A stretch of DNA of 64,000 bases from Podarcis gaigeae (lineage: Eukaryota): the NCBI GenBank assembly GCA_964106915.2, contig OZ066914.1; one strand, 5' to 3'. Every line of letters begins with the position of its first letter. The first letter of the stretch is position 1. A model generated the notes under the pieces. The model was not told where the DNA came from and did no database searches. It worked only from the letters and a program-made list of their open reading frames with translations. Below are positions 24,462 to 37,754 of the stretch, piece after piece. The translations under genes and the position numbers were made by a program.

Positions 24462-24640
24462 GGCCAAAATCACACCATACCTTTAAAGTATGTCATGGCT
24501 TCCCCTAAATAATTTTGGGAGCTGTAGTTCATTAGGGGTGCTGAGAGTTTTTAGGAGATCGCTAATCCCCTCACAGAGCTACAAATCCCAGAGCTCCCTG
24601 TGAAGAGGGATTGGTTGTTAAACCACACTGGGATTCAGAT
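24462..24640. mobile_element. Non-autonomous DNA transposon (MITE) remnant
   Basis: CATGGCTTCCCC...GGGAGCTGTAGTT...CAGAGCTACAAATCCCAG. Related to the element split by the BovB insertion at about 22730-23295. Confidence 0.6.
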
Positions 24641-25907
24641 TACCTACACAATGATCCCTTAATTCAAACATTCTCCACTTATGACAACAGACAATATTTA
24701 TAGCCCCCCCCTTTACTACGATCCAAAAATGAACTGGAGTTTTTGGATGCTGCTTCACATTCAACATTAACAGGTATGTGACTTTTAGGCCACATATATA
24801 TATGACATCCCACTGCAAGGAAGTCAATTGCCGTATCATTTTAGATGATGGTGAATATAAATCATACAAGATAACTATTTCTATGAAAATCTATTTAACT
24901 CTGCAGTTGCAGCTGCTACAGTTTTTCAGATTTTCACAAAATGCAACTATCCATGATCACAAAAACAGCACATCTTGTTCCAGTTTGACTTAGCCTTTGT
25001 TTGCAAACTCTTGTTCTGCTGAACTTTCAGCTTGCCACTGTCCATCGGTTACACTGTGATCTATAGATGTCCATAATTAAAGATTAAGCCTTGACTATGC
25101 TAGAATCCTTCTCCCTGACAGGCAACAAGAGGGCCACGGAATGTGAAATTTCTGAATGCATAGCTTGGCCCTTACTTCCAAGTATTTATATTTAGGCTCA
25201 GGCTGGCAATTCCTTTGAAATTAATGAGATTTCAGTACAAAAACGAACACAGGCTACACTGACTTGCAGAGGATTTAGGTGTGTTCTAGTTTTCATTGGA
25301 TTGTACCCAGTGTACTTTGAATATAGCACTTCATTGGAGTGTTCAAAAACATGTTTTTGTGGAACACTAAACTCCGCATGACCTCTGTTGTAGGCATGTA
25401 TCCATAACAATGATTTCTTAAAGACCCACAAAGCTTGTACAGCTGTTTCTCTTCAACCTTTCTAGTTAGTAATCCTTCCCCACCCATAATCCAGAGAACT
25501 TTAAGTGTCATTTAACAAACCACAAGTATACCATTAGACATTTAAAATACACTTAAACCTGTTTGAAATAATACCCCTTGAAAAGCAGTAAGCATATGCC
25601 AAATCCTGTGAACTCCCAATAGATGGTGCTGTTAGGGATGCAGCGAACATGTCATCCGTCTATGCAAATTTAGCTTCAGGCAATATGTGCAGGGATTTAC
25701 CTCTGCCTATGCTTCAGAACATAACGTCTTTCACAAGAAGTTTTTCTTTCCAGAGTCCTACGGCTACAGTTCAAAGGGTTTCACAGGGGTTGTCTATCAC
25801 TGAGGAGGAAGCTGTGCTCAAAGTAGGTAACGTCACAGTTGTAAACAAGCAGACTGCTTTGATATGGGGCTGAGGCCATTTTCTATTTAAGGTGCAATCC
25901 TATACAG

Positions 25908-26036
25908 CAGGGTGAGCCTACCTGGTGCCTTCCAGATGTTTTGGACAGCAATCACAATCCACCCCAACTACATTGACTGGGGCTGATGGGAATCACAATC
26001 CAAAACATCTGGAAGGCACCATGTTGGGGGCCCCTG
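25908..26036. mobile_element. Palindromic hAT-type MITE nested in another short palindromic repeat
   Basis: CAGGG...CCCCTG termini; arms TGGTGCCTTCCAGATGTTTTGGA / TCCAAAACATCTGGAAGGCACCA. Confidence 0.85.
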
Positions 26037-26397
26037 TTATGCATGCTTATTTGACAGCAAGTCCTATTGAATCCACCAAGGTTTACATCTGAGCAGACAT
26101 ACATAGGATTGTGTTGTTAGTTATGAAATTTCAGTATCCAGAGCTCTCAAATACATTAACTGTTTGACCGTCTGGTTGAATTTCCCTCCACCCTCATGTC
26201 AGTGTAAAATAGTTTGCAGAACAATTTACAAATCAAAATAAAACATTTATTTTATTGTTTTAAATAAAATAAACAAAACAGCAGAAAAACTGCTGTTAAA
26301 CGATTGATCATATAATAAATTAAATCAAATGTTTTGGAAGGTAACAAGGTAACCTGGTATCCATGAAAGGACGTCAGAGTCGGGGAGAGCATTCAAT

Positions 26398-26517
26398 AAG
26401 GGTGGGGAACTTGTGGCCTTCCAGATGTTGTCAGATTCCAACTCTGATCAGCCCCATCCAGGACAGCCAATGGTCAGGGATGATGGGAGTTGCAGTCCAG
26501 CAGCATCTGGAGGGGGA
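26398..26517. mobile_element. Palindromic hAT-type MITE (partial)
   Basis: CCTTCCAGATGTTG...GATGATGGGAGTTGCAGTCCAGCAGCATCTGGAGG. Confidence 0.75.
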
Positions 26518-26616
26518 ATCTGCTGCATATGCCGGGGATTGAATTTGAGACTTTCTGTGTGGAAAGGAGATGCTCTATCACTCAGCTGTGTCCTTTCTGT
26601 AAAAATAGTCACAGTT

Positions 26617-26788
26617 ACATAGAAAGCTGCCTTATACTGAGTCAGCCCATTGGTCTATCTTGCTCAGCATCATCTACACAGACTGATAGTGACTTCTGCA
26701 GGATTCCAGGTGAGGTTTTCTCCTGGAGATGCAAGAAGTTGCACATGGGACCTTCTGCAGGAAAAAGCAGGTGCTCTACTACTGAGTT
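26617..26788 (-). mobile_element. tRNA-derived SINE, near full length
   Basis: Tail ACATAGAAAGCTGCCTTATACTGAGTCAG... through head ...GGTGCTCTACTACTGAG. A further head fragment lies at about 26530-26590. Confidence 0.75.
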
Positions 26789-27947
26789 TGCAGAAGAATA
26801 CAATACAGAAAGTGTTGCTAGCCCATTTGTACAGCTCCATGAACACAGATGACATGCACAACAGACACCTCATCTTGTGCTGGTCCCTTGCCATTCCCAG
26901 CCCATTTGTATGGTAGGCAGCAAAAGCGCTATATGGAATCTGTATGGGAAATGTACCTCTAAATGCTGAAACTGCTCAGCGTTCAGGCTTTCTCTTTTTC
27001 CAGTTTAGCATATTTGTGCTAGACAGAGTGTAGGGGGAGTTTTCTTCTGGACAGGCTCTAAATGGCCTAATGTTAGACACTTGGACAGCAAATTATGTTT
27101 GGAAAAACTGCAGACAGGCTTATGGCTTGCTTGATTACGAGTATAACTGGATGGAGATGTTCGAATGACGTGCTTCTGTTTTCTTTGCATTTGAAACCAT
27201 CTGCCTTATATTTGCCAGAAATATACCATGTTTCCCGATATGTGCAAAACCGTGACCTTGTTTTCCATGCTCTGTTTTAAATTGTTTCAATATAATTTTG
27301 AAGTGCTGACTACTTTTATGGTGTATGAGTAAGCTTTGGAAACGCAATCAGCCCTTGGCTTAAGAGCGCTTTCAGCCAAATGTCAGCATCCCACTTGACT
27401 CTGAACAAGATTGTCCTATTCCTAGTGAAGCTTAAAATGTGCTAAACGCCATAGTAACAATGCACCTCAAGTAAATATAAGCAAGCTTCTCTGAGGTTTT
27501 TCATTATTTATTTCTATTCCTTTGCCCTCACCTTATAAGATGAAGCTAACCTAGAATAATTTGAAAGGTTTTGGCTTCATAAAACTACTGAACATAACAT
27601 TGAAAGAGAGGATGCTGGAACGATGCTGACGTCAAACTCCTTGGGAAGACTCATTTTGATTTTAATGGCTCTGAACTGTACTTTAAAGACAAATTAAACA
27701 TCTCCCATGATTGGACCATAGAAATATGGGGAAATAATGCAATGTTTGTTGCTAAGAGCGGGGGAAGAAACTGTGAGCTTTGGAACAAATGTGGCACATT
27801 TGAAGTCTCCTGAAAGAATATTTAGGACCACTCATGCATGTACACCATTTTTTCATGACTTGTGAACTGAAAAATATTTTAATTTATACATTACAACTTA
27901 CCAATAATGTAACTGGCAGATTGTCCACCCAGACAACGCTACAGGCA

Positions 27948-28116
27948 CAGTGGCGTAGCATGGGTTGTCAGCACCCGGGGCAAGGCAAGTAATTTGCACC
28001 CCCTAACCCGTGGATTTGCGCCCCCTAACCCGTGGATTTGCGCCCCCTAACCCTAACCCCCAGATGTTGCACCCAGTGCGGCTGGCCCCCCCTGCACCCC
28101 CCACGCTACGCCACTG
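27948..28116. mobile_element. hAT (Tip100-like) MITE with internal 22-bp tandem repeat
   Basis: Perfect TIRs CAGTGGCGTAGC/GCTACGCCACTG; 8-bp TSD TACAGGCA/TACATGCA (7/8). Confidence 0.9.
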
Positions 28117-28154
28117 TACATGCAGCCTCTGCAGTTTGCCTGGTTGATGAGGCT

Positions 28155-28156
<2 letters not shown>

Positions 28157-28212
<56 letters not shown>
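28157..28212. repeat. (AC)n(AG)n compound microsatellite
   Basis: Direct reading. Confidence 0.97.
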
Positions 28213-30483
28213 GCTGCCAATCACTGTATAAATCATATCAGCCATCACAGCAGAGAATTCATGGTCATATGGATGTGCCATGGCAGTTGTCTCAAGTGGT
28301 GCCCCTGTGTGATTGTCACGAGCCATTTGTATGCTGGTTACCACTGCCTCAACAAGCCTGTAAGTGAAGAAAAAGGAGGAGAAACTAATTTTACATTTTA
28401 CTTCAGTCATCATGGGTAATAAGGATCTCCCTAGGATTCTTGTTCCTTCCCTCCTTCCCTCTACTTAGCCAAATATTTCATGTTCAAACTTTTCTGCCCA
28501 TATGCTTTTACAGTTCAATCTGCTTACACAGAGAGTTTGCCAATACAAACTGTGCACTTCGGTTTACAGTGCCGCAGAACTTCTCACTGCTCAGTCTTAT
28601 CAGAGAGATTTTGTCAATTCAGAATGATTGTCTCTGGCTTTCCCAATAGAGCAATTGTTCTATCTTCCTTTCTAGGTGGGGGCAAGAGAGAGAGCATAAC
28701 AGGTGGTGGGGAGAGCTGAGTACAGGATAGGACTCCCCTTTGCTTGAAATAACACATGTTGCTGATCCTGGGGCTTGTAGTCTGAAAATCCAACTAAGGA
28801 AAGGTCTTGTGGTCCCTTTCCCATGTTGTAGTTAGCCCTTGTCATTTCCTCTTACCCTCTCCCTCTGCTTTAGGTTCAGCCTTTTTGCATGGGGAAGGTG
28901 CGGCGGGGGGAGGACAGAAATACTGAAAATGTTCAAGTGGTTTTGGGTGTGGGTGTAGAGGAGATCTCGTATAACAGTACTCTTTGCCCCTGTCAGATGC
29001 TTTCTCCAACACTGTTGGAATGGTGCCATAGAGTCATATCAATGATTATTATTATGCATTCTTATTATATCATCAGGAATGTTAATTGTAAGTGAGCCAA
29101 GTCCCTGGCCAATAACTATTCGTGAGATCTGCATAATAAAAGGCTGGAGCTCCCAGCTACATAAATTGCAGTGCTTCCATAGATTTCAGATGGATCCATA
29201 TTTTCTATCATCTTTGCTAGACCAAACATAAAGCAAGATGGGGAGGTGCTGACTTTCAGAAAATGTAGCAATGAATTGCAAAATACAATTGTTTGGGCGA
29301 TGTATGCCCTGGAGGGGCTGCGGTTTGTTGTATTATAAATAAGGCACTTCACATTATCCCTCCTGTGTTTCTGCAGCACAGCAGAGCTAATAATGTGTAA
29401 CTGATGGAATTTCAAATAAAGCATTATTAAAATATTTGTTCAATGACCTTTTTGCCCTTTACTTGTTGTCGTCTTGTGAGTGCTAGGATTTGGGTGCAGT
29501 TTCCATCCATCTTGTATGCTTCCTTCTGTTCTGTTCTGTTCTGCTCTGCTCAGTAAGGTCCTCTTAATTGGTTCATTGTTTGTAGATGCCGGGCAACTTG
29601 ACTAAGTTAAATCAATGAAAAATGTTTCGGATCAGGCTCGAAGGTTTATATCCTAATTCAAGACAGCAGGAGAAGGGCATGGCCATGTTTGCTTGGCAAC
29701 TGCAACTTCCCCAGCCATCCAATCTGTTTCTTTTCAAGAAAGAAAACAAACAAGCAAACCCATATTTGAATTACTATGCTCGTCTCTAACAGGAAGCAGA
29801 TGCAACCCTTTGTATAGGTATAGATGCTTTGATCCCATTGCACCTACGGAGCTATAAGTATCTATGGATACATTCAGGGGTGGTTTTGGTGGTGTACAAG
29901 CGGTACACAGGTACTGGTCACTGAGTCAAATGGGGAGCCTTCTCAAAGCTCAGTAAGTCAGGGTCCTAGAGTCTTCCCTCCTTCTTCCCAAAGCCTAGTT
30001 AGTGCTTTCGCAGCTTTGGGAAGGAGGTGGGAGGGCTCTAGGATCATGCCAAAGCCTTGTGCCTCCTTCTAAAAGCATTGTTCCTTCCTTACTTGGTTTT
30101 AGGAAGGCAGCACAAGGGCTTGGTCCTGCACAAATTTTGGTCTCGCACAGGGTACAAAATTACCAAGGTCCACTACTGATATAATTAAACCATCATGTTC
30201 CAGAAGTGCTTGGAAATAATGTATGTGATGCGGTGTTAGAAGGAGAAGTAAAATACTGTTGACATGGCACCCCAATTGCCACAGCTGTGCAAAACTCCAG
30301 GGATACCCAGGGCTTGTTTTTCCTTTTGGGAATAAGGCACTGCAGAGACTGTGGTGTCTTTAAGATATATGGTTTTATTTACACATATATGCAACCTGCA
30401 CAACCACAGGCACGTTTGCTTGGAAAGAAGTCCTAATGTCTTCAGTTGTGCTTGTCCACACAGTACAAGGATCAAAGAGAGGA

Positions 30484-30620
30484 ACATGGTGAGCTGCCTT
30501 CTATTGAGTCAAGCTCTTGGTCCATCTAGCTCAGTATATGCACTGACACTAGCAGCAGCTCATCAGAGTTTCAGATAAAAGCAGCCAGGGATTGAGCCTA
30601 AAAATTTGCATGCAAAGCAT
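30484..30620 (-). mobile_element. tRNA-derived SINE, degraded
   Basis: GAGCTGCCTTCTATTGAGTCA...TTGGTCCATCTAGCTCAGTA...CCAGGGATTGAGCC matches the copy at 26617-26788. Confidence 0.7.
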
Positions 30621-32508
30621 ATGGCCAACTTGTCCTATCCCACCCAGTCTAGTTGGATAACATCATTTTTAAATTTAAAAAAAGGAAAGAAGAGGAGGGG
30701 TCCTGTCCTCATGTACAGTAAATATAAAGGGTTGTATCCAAACCATATGTGAAAGAAAGGTTGCTTGTGCAACAGGATTTGTCCTTATTAAGTAGAATAT
30801 CAATTCCACTTCTTGCTTAATTCCTAATTATTGAGAATTGCCCTGCATTGCCACCTCTACTTCCACTGTATCTTTAATTTTATGAGGCCTATTTCTTAAA
30901 TGACAAGTGGGAGGATACAGGGCTGTTAACTAGCAAGCAGGCGCTAAATCTCCCCGGGATCTGAGCTGCTTCTGCAGCTTCCCCTGATATGAGGGTTGCT
31001 GCACAAAGAAATGGGAGATGAAATTAACTTGCTCTAGAATTCTCCTTAAAATTGTCCTGTGAGGATTTTTATGCCAGACATTTGCAAGATATTCTCTGAA
31101 TCTTTGAATAAGGTATTTTGCATCCGTATTTAACAACCAATGAAATTTGGTTTCAGTTCTTGATATCTGACAGTTGATATCTGGCAGCATATAATACTTG
31201 ATAAGAGATGGTGTTTACCAGTACCGATAGCTGATACACAGCAACAGATCTTAGAGGCATTCAGTTTTTCTCTTCAGAGAACATTGCTGCACTGACTGGA
31301 TTGCCAAGGAAAGTATGTCTGCTACAGAACCCTTGCATGTTGTAGAGGATTCTGGGAGATTATCTTGGATGTACACTCTGTTCACGTGGAATACTGTTAA
31401 GCCTTCCTGTCTCCAATTTGTACTGCAAATGTGCCCCTGTGGCTACACATTGCAGATGAGTTGTGGTCTTTTAGGGAAGTTTCTCCACCATTACTGATCT
31501 TCTGGTTTACCAAATCTCTGGCAATATTCCACAGAACCTAGGGCTCACCAGAAGTTAATTTGAAAATCACTAGTGTATGGATTTTGGCAGTATTTGATGG
31601 TTAGCATCAAAATACTATTTAATATGTGGTTGCTGACATGTAATTATCTTAGTTGCATGTGACTGGTTGTATCCTTTTTGGCAGTAAATATGAGACCTTA
31701 TATTTAAAGCCTGAGAAAATCAAGAAAACCACCATCTAAACTTTGTGAATTTCAAATGTTGGGGTAACATGTCCACATTAAAGTGCAAGTTCAAATTTGA
31801 GACTTTTCATCTGAATACTAAATATACTTTCAGCTCTATAAGAACCCGAGGGATGTAAGGCAGTATACTTGTTACATGCAATATAACGATCAATCCCCAC
31901 CCCTAATGAAATCAGTAGACTTCACAGATGTAAATCCACGAATCAATTAGCAGTCCAGTGAATGTAAAGCATTTACATGAGATAACTGAAACCTTAACAA
32001 ATTGGATTTTTATGTGTGTTTATATACTAAATAATTAAATGAGGGGGAAATCCAATAAAGGACCTCTGAGACAAGTAAATATGGGAGTTAGCAGGCAGTA
32101 GGACAGTTTGGAGTCGTATCATGGCTTAATATGTAGTGATCCCTTTTGCACTTCTGTTTGTATGAACCAGCTAGTATTCAATCAATTAAAGCTTCCTGTT
32201 TCATCCAAATGAGAAACTACAATTAACATAACTTTAAAGCAAGCCAGAATCTTAAACTAGAGTTCAAAGTTGTTTTAATATCCGGGTTCTTTAAAAAATA
32301 GGTGGTTTGGATGAAATGGGAAACCTTAATTAATTAAAGACTTCCTGGTTTGTTTGCTAGCTCACGTGAAGGGAGGACTGAGGGTGCTGCACACACAGGT
32401 AGTAGGCGAGTTTATATGTTGGGTTAACATGTCATGATATAATTGTTCAGGTTAAGTAAATGGAAATATAGGGAGAATGGAAACAATATTTAATTTTAAC
32501 AGAATTTA

Positions 32509-32767
32509 CCATATTTTTTGCTCTATAAGACTCACTTTTTCCCTCCTAAAAAGTAAGGGGAAATGTGTGTGCATCTTATGGAGCGAATGCAGGCTGTGCA
32601 GCTATCCCAGAAGCCAGAACAGCAAGAGGGATTGCTGCTTTCTCTGCTCAGCGATCCCTCTTGCTGTTCTGGCTTCTGAGATTCAGAATTTTTTTCTTCT
32701 TGTTTTCCTCCTCCAAAAACTAGGTGTGTCTTGGGGTCTGGTGCGTCTTATAGAGCGAAAAATACGG
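32509..32767. mobile_element. Tc1/mariner-superfamily (Tc2/pogo-like) MITE
   Basis: TIRs CCATATTTTTTGCTCTATAAGACTCAC / GTGCGTCTTATAGAGCGAAAAATACGG, with TA on both sides. Confidence 0.9.
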
Positions 32768-33829
32768 TACATGAAAAGTGTCGTTGATCCCTCGTGAACC
32801 AGGCAACATCTTTTCCAGAAAAAAAAATAAAATGCATCTGATTTGAAAATCAATCTCTGTGTATAAAGGGTCTGCTAGGTATGGGGTTTTTTTAAAGACA
32901 CCACTGCAATTTAAATATGTGCTAGAGCAATTTCATTAATGCCACTATTTAGCATGGATATAGCATAATTGTATTTCAAATCACATACTGACATTTATTC
33001 AAACAATAATACTGGGGTGATGAATAAAATGGAAAGTTCTCTAAAAAATTGGTTACCTGGAGCAGGATTTATGGGAAAAGATAAGTTTGAACTATCATGG
33101 CTGCAAAGATAAGCTCATTATTATTTATGAAAGACAAATAATAATAATTATGAAATTCTCCTTCATGAATTCTTTTCTTTCTGCATTGATAAATGAAGGT
33201 TTCTACCGTAATAAGAACTCATTATTATAACAAGGAAAGAAAAACATATTTAGTCTAGCTGTTCTGATTCATTTTCCTGAAATGAATTGTGTAGAAATAT
33301 CCACCACACTGTTCACAGCATGACGCATAACTATAATAGTATCATTTGTCTTGGAGTTATGGCTTTGCAGTATTTGACTCATAAACAATGAAACCATCAT
33401 TGAGAAAACAATGCCTACAGGCCCTGAAATATCCCCTCTCAGCCTTGTCTTAAGGACATTTTTTCACTTTTGAGAGAGGTCCACTTGTTGGTTTATATGC
33501 TGTGATGTGACTGAGCGTACATTCTTCTTCTTCTGGCAGGCTGGTAGGCATGCAGGCATGCAGGCAGGTAGGTAATTGAGGGCATTCTCTCTTCGGCCAT
33601 TCCCACCACCTATTAAAGCTTTGGTTTAACCTGATGTATGGCTGCACTTAATGTTACACTCAACTATGGAGCCTTCTGCAAATAGCTTCCATGGCAAGGT
33701 TTACAGATGCAACAGAAGAATGTGGAAATGGAATTCTGAGGTAGTTGAGCAGACTATCCCATTTTAGACTGCAAATGGGGGTGCCATTTTTGATGCTCAT
33801 CCATAGTTGAAAGCATAACCTTGCAACTT

Positions 33830-34031
33830 GTTGTTGTTGTTGCTTAGTCGTTTAGTCGTGTCTGATTCTTCGTGACCCCATGGACCAGAGCACGCCAGGC
33901 ACTCCTGTCTTCCACTGCCTTCTGCAGTTTGGTCAAACTCATGCTGGTAGCTTCGAGAACACTATCCAACCATCTCCTCCTCTGTTGTCCCCTTCTTCTT
34001 GTGCCCTCAATCTTTCCCAACATCAGGGTCT
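33830..34031 (-). mobile_element. 5'-truncated RTE/BovB 3' end
   Basis: Homologous to 23050-23244. (CAA)n tail; perfect 14-bp TSD TAACCTTGCAACTT at 33816-33829 and 34032-34045; encodes KTLMLGKIEGTRRRGQQRRRWLDSV. Confidence 0.95.
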
Positions 34032-37000
34032 TAACCTTGCAACTTAGCAACAGCAATAGCTTAAAAAGTATCGACACTCAAAAATTGACAGGCACAATGA
34101 TTCTAGATCAGCTATGTTCAGCTTTCAATTATCGGGAAGTTAAAAAAAAAATGTAGGAAAGCATCCCATGTAGGATCCTCTACCTGCACTGTTGTGATAT
34201 AGCCCATTCTACCACTCCATTCTCACCTAGTTCTGCTACTTGTGAAGCCCAGCGCCATTGTTATGGGTTATCATAATGCTCTTGTTGTGATATGTCAAGA
34301 GAGATTCCAGTCTATGTGCTTGACAGTAGCTAGCAGTGGATTTCACATAGAAAATAGATCTATATGATAACAGCTGTCATAATGGACACTTGCTGATACT
34401 GTCCAGTTAAACAGTGCTGATTCCAAAGAGGTAACCACTCTGGTTATTTGGTCAGTGTTATGCAAATAGTATTCAGATTACTGCGCATGGAGCCCCAAAT
34501 GCTAGAAGCAGATATTCAGCCCAAGAAACTATGTACACAACACTCCTTTTCACATTTGGGTCACAATCATTTGAGAGGTGCACACAGAGTAGCATATATA
34601 CTTCCAAAAGTTGCCATTATTTCATTGCACTTTGCTTTTCCTTTGAGATAACAGAAATAATGGGTAAGATCACATTTATAAAAACATATTATTTTCCCAC
34701 CAAGATTCTACTTACCCTACCTCTCCTAGATATGATTATTTGAACAGTTCCACAGCAAATGTGCCTTATTATCCTTTACATTTTTCAATCCTTTACACCT
34801 CCACAGAGCTGTCAAAGTAGCAGTTATAGCACACATACAAAAAAGGAGGGGGGGACATCTTGACAGCTAGTCTCCGTTCTTTGCTCATAAATGGACTTAA
34901 GACATCTTGTTTGTTACACACAACATATTTTCACTAGGATGATTTCCTAAGAAAAAGTTAAACTTTTCACATACAGTATATGCAAGTTTTGCTTTAAAGG
35001 GGTCTCAAATAATTAAACTGGCAAAAGAGCCGTGGCTGAATTTTTGCTAACGGAAATTTCCCCATGAATTATTTCAAAGGCCAATATTTCATACATTGTT
35101 ATTGTAACTTGCATTAGCTTTAAATGTGTGAAACTCATCAGTATGCAAGTTCACAGCAAATCAGATTGCAAATTTGATCCAGGAGGGCACAGAGCACATG
35201 CTTTGAATATAGAAAGCCCAGGTTAAGTCCTTAGCACCTCCACTTCAATGAATCTCAGGTATTAGAGTCTGAAAGGTCCTTTGTCAGAGCCCATGAAGAG
35301 CTTAGATCCTATGATCTGCCATATAAGGTAGCATCATATTTTAATTAGAAGCCCCTTCGTATATTACTTGAGTGAAAGGGAGCCACATTGTGACAGACAG
35401 CAGAGCCACACTGCTGGGTCTACCCCCAATGTTGAAGCTCCATCCACAGGTATAGGAGCTGGGAAAGCTTAGTTGCCATCACAACCATAAAGAAAACTCG
35501 AGATGCAACATGTATGGTGAAGCAGATTAGATAATGATTGCTTAGGGTGAAGGTGTTTTCCTAATCCAGCTTTCTTCTGTGTAACATTTTAAGATGTCAT
35601 TAAGAAAAAAAATGCAGTGGCTTTTGGCCTTTTATCCTGGGAAGTCCACAATACTATAAAATTGTTGAAGCACTAATGTACCTGGGCTTAGGGAGATGAA
35701 AAAGGGGGTAAAAACCCCAAGGCAGGAAGAGGAAAAGAGGAAACAGATGTGGCAGCAGCCCATAATACTTGCCCTACAAAACAATGGGGAATCAGAAACA
35801 CAAATCTATCCTTTCCAAATTGTTCCTCACAAAATGCTCCCACTTGTGCGGTGCCACAAGCGTGGAAGTAATCTGGAAGCCCACCACTGCTGCTGTGTCT
35901 CATGCAAGCGCTTGAGCAACCTCATACCACCAATACCCCAACCCCAAAAACACCTCAGTTTTATGTAGCCGGAGTCAGCCAGAGTCCCAGCCTCCCAGGC
36001 CAGTCAGAAAAGGCAGTGAGCAGGTCAGGTCCTCCAAGACTCACAGCAATATGGTCTCTGCCAGTACTTTGCCAGTGTACACCTCCCATTGACAGGCAAT
36101 GTGACAAAGTCATGAGCCATGAGGGGAAGAGAAGAGATCAGTGCTGTTATGCCAGGTGGAAACCACTTGAAATGCCTGACATGATATATGAGAACTACTT
36201 GCCATTTGGATATGTGCATTTGCACACACATCTTACAGGAAAGTAACTCACATATTAATTGCTACTGCCACAAGTGCCCCTATTTCTATTAAAATTTATG
36301 TATAGTACTGAAAATGTGCTTGGTGCTGCAGCAAACAACAAAACTCCTGCCCGTAGGTTTACTGTCTATATTAGAGAATATGTATAAGGATGAGGGAGAA
36401 TATTTGTAACAAAACATCTGAGTTCTGAATATCTTGCTTAATAGCGGTTTTAAGGATTTCTCACACACCATCATCACAGAATAAAGAGATGAGAGTATGT
36501 TTTCTTTAATTTGGCTTGTCCTCTTGATACCATTCCACCAGTGGGCTTCTGTCCATTAATTCCAGCAGTTTTAGCAGAATCTTTCCAAATGTTGCCCTCA
36601 GAAAACTGGCGCTGGCAGTCAAATCACAACTCCTATCCTTTCAGACACCCTTCACTTCATGCACATATGGCTCCTCCTCACCTCCCTTCTGTCTCTGCCT
36701 TGGTTATATTCAATCAGGCCTTTGGCTCACCACCCACACGGAATCCAATTTCAAATACAAGTGTGATGAAGTAACCTTGTTCCAAACATTAATTTTTATT
36801 TCATAAGTTCTCTCGAGTTATATTCTTTGGGTGATTTAAAATTCCGGCCAGCTAACTTAGATGGTTTTACTAGTGTTGGCATTATTTCTTTTATTTCTTT
36901 ATTTATTTGTTCTTTCTAGGCCCACCCTTTCAATGCCAGTTACAGCCTTCAGCATTAGATGATTGGATATAATCACTAACTTCATGATATAATAAAAGGA

Positions 37001-37511
37001 CTGTAATCCTTATGTTATAAAGGGTTTTTCTTTTAGTGCACAGCTGAATACAAAAGCTGATAATTGCAGTTGGCAAAATGGAGGGGGGACCAGATACATT
37101 AGATATGTATAGACACTTAGCACTTAAATCACAGGGAATGTCAGGGACAGTATGTTCACAAATTTTAGAAGTATATAAAGCTCTCAGTTTCCATACTTAA
37201 ACTGCTCAACCCATAATAAGATACCTTCTTTTTGGTCACAACCTCTTCTATTTCACCTTCATCTTTGAGCAGGTAACATTTTGTCCCATTCCAACCAAAG
37301 TACAGAATTTGAAAAACATTTTTGTCCCCCTTTCCAAATGACTAAAGCTGCAATTCCTGAACACAGTTATATTTTCTTATGGCCTGCTTAAATGAGTAGG
37401 AGTTGTGTGGTCAAATTTGTGTGATTATGTCTTAAAATTCTGCTATTCTTCTGTATGTTTGCGAGCTGCCTCAGACACTCCTTCTGGAGACAGTGTTGAT
37501 GATACCAACTA

Positions 37512-37754
37512 CAGTGGTACCTCAGGTTACATATGCTTCAGGTTACATACGTTTCAGGTTACAGACTCCGCTAACCCAGAAATAGTGCTTCAGGTTAAGA
37601 ACTTTGCTTCCGGATGAGAACAGAAGTCGTGCTCCGGCGGCGCGGCAGCAGCAGGAGGCCCCGTTAGCTAAAGTGGTGCTTCAGGTTAAGTACAAGTTTC
37701 AGATTAAGAACGGACCTCCGGAACTAATTAAGTACTTAACCCAAGGTACCACTG
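37512..37754 (+). mobile_element. Tc1/mariner-superfamily (Tigger/pogo-like) MITE
   Basis: TIRs CAGTGGTACCTC/..AGGTACCACTG with TA TSD; two more copies in the window. Confidence 0.92.

Noticed and set aside
27992-28056. CRISPR-like array or true telomere
   Set aside because: Units are contiguous with no unique spacers, the context is eukaryotic, and only two adjacent CCCTAA hexamers occur, inside a MITE.
29875-30178. Possible hAT element CAGGGGTGG...CCACTACTG
   Set aside because: TIR match is weak and the flanks do not form a convincing 8-bp TSD.
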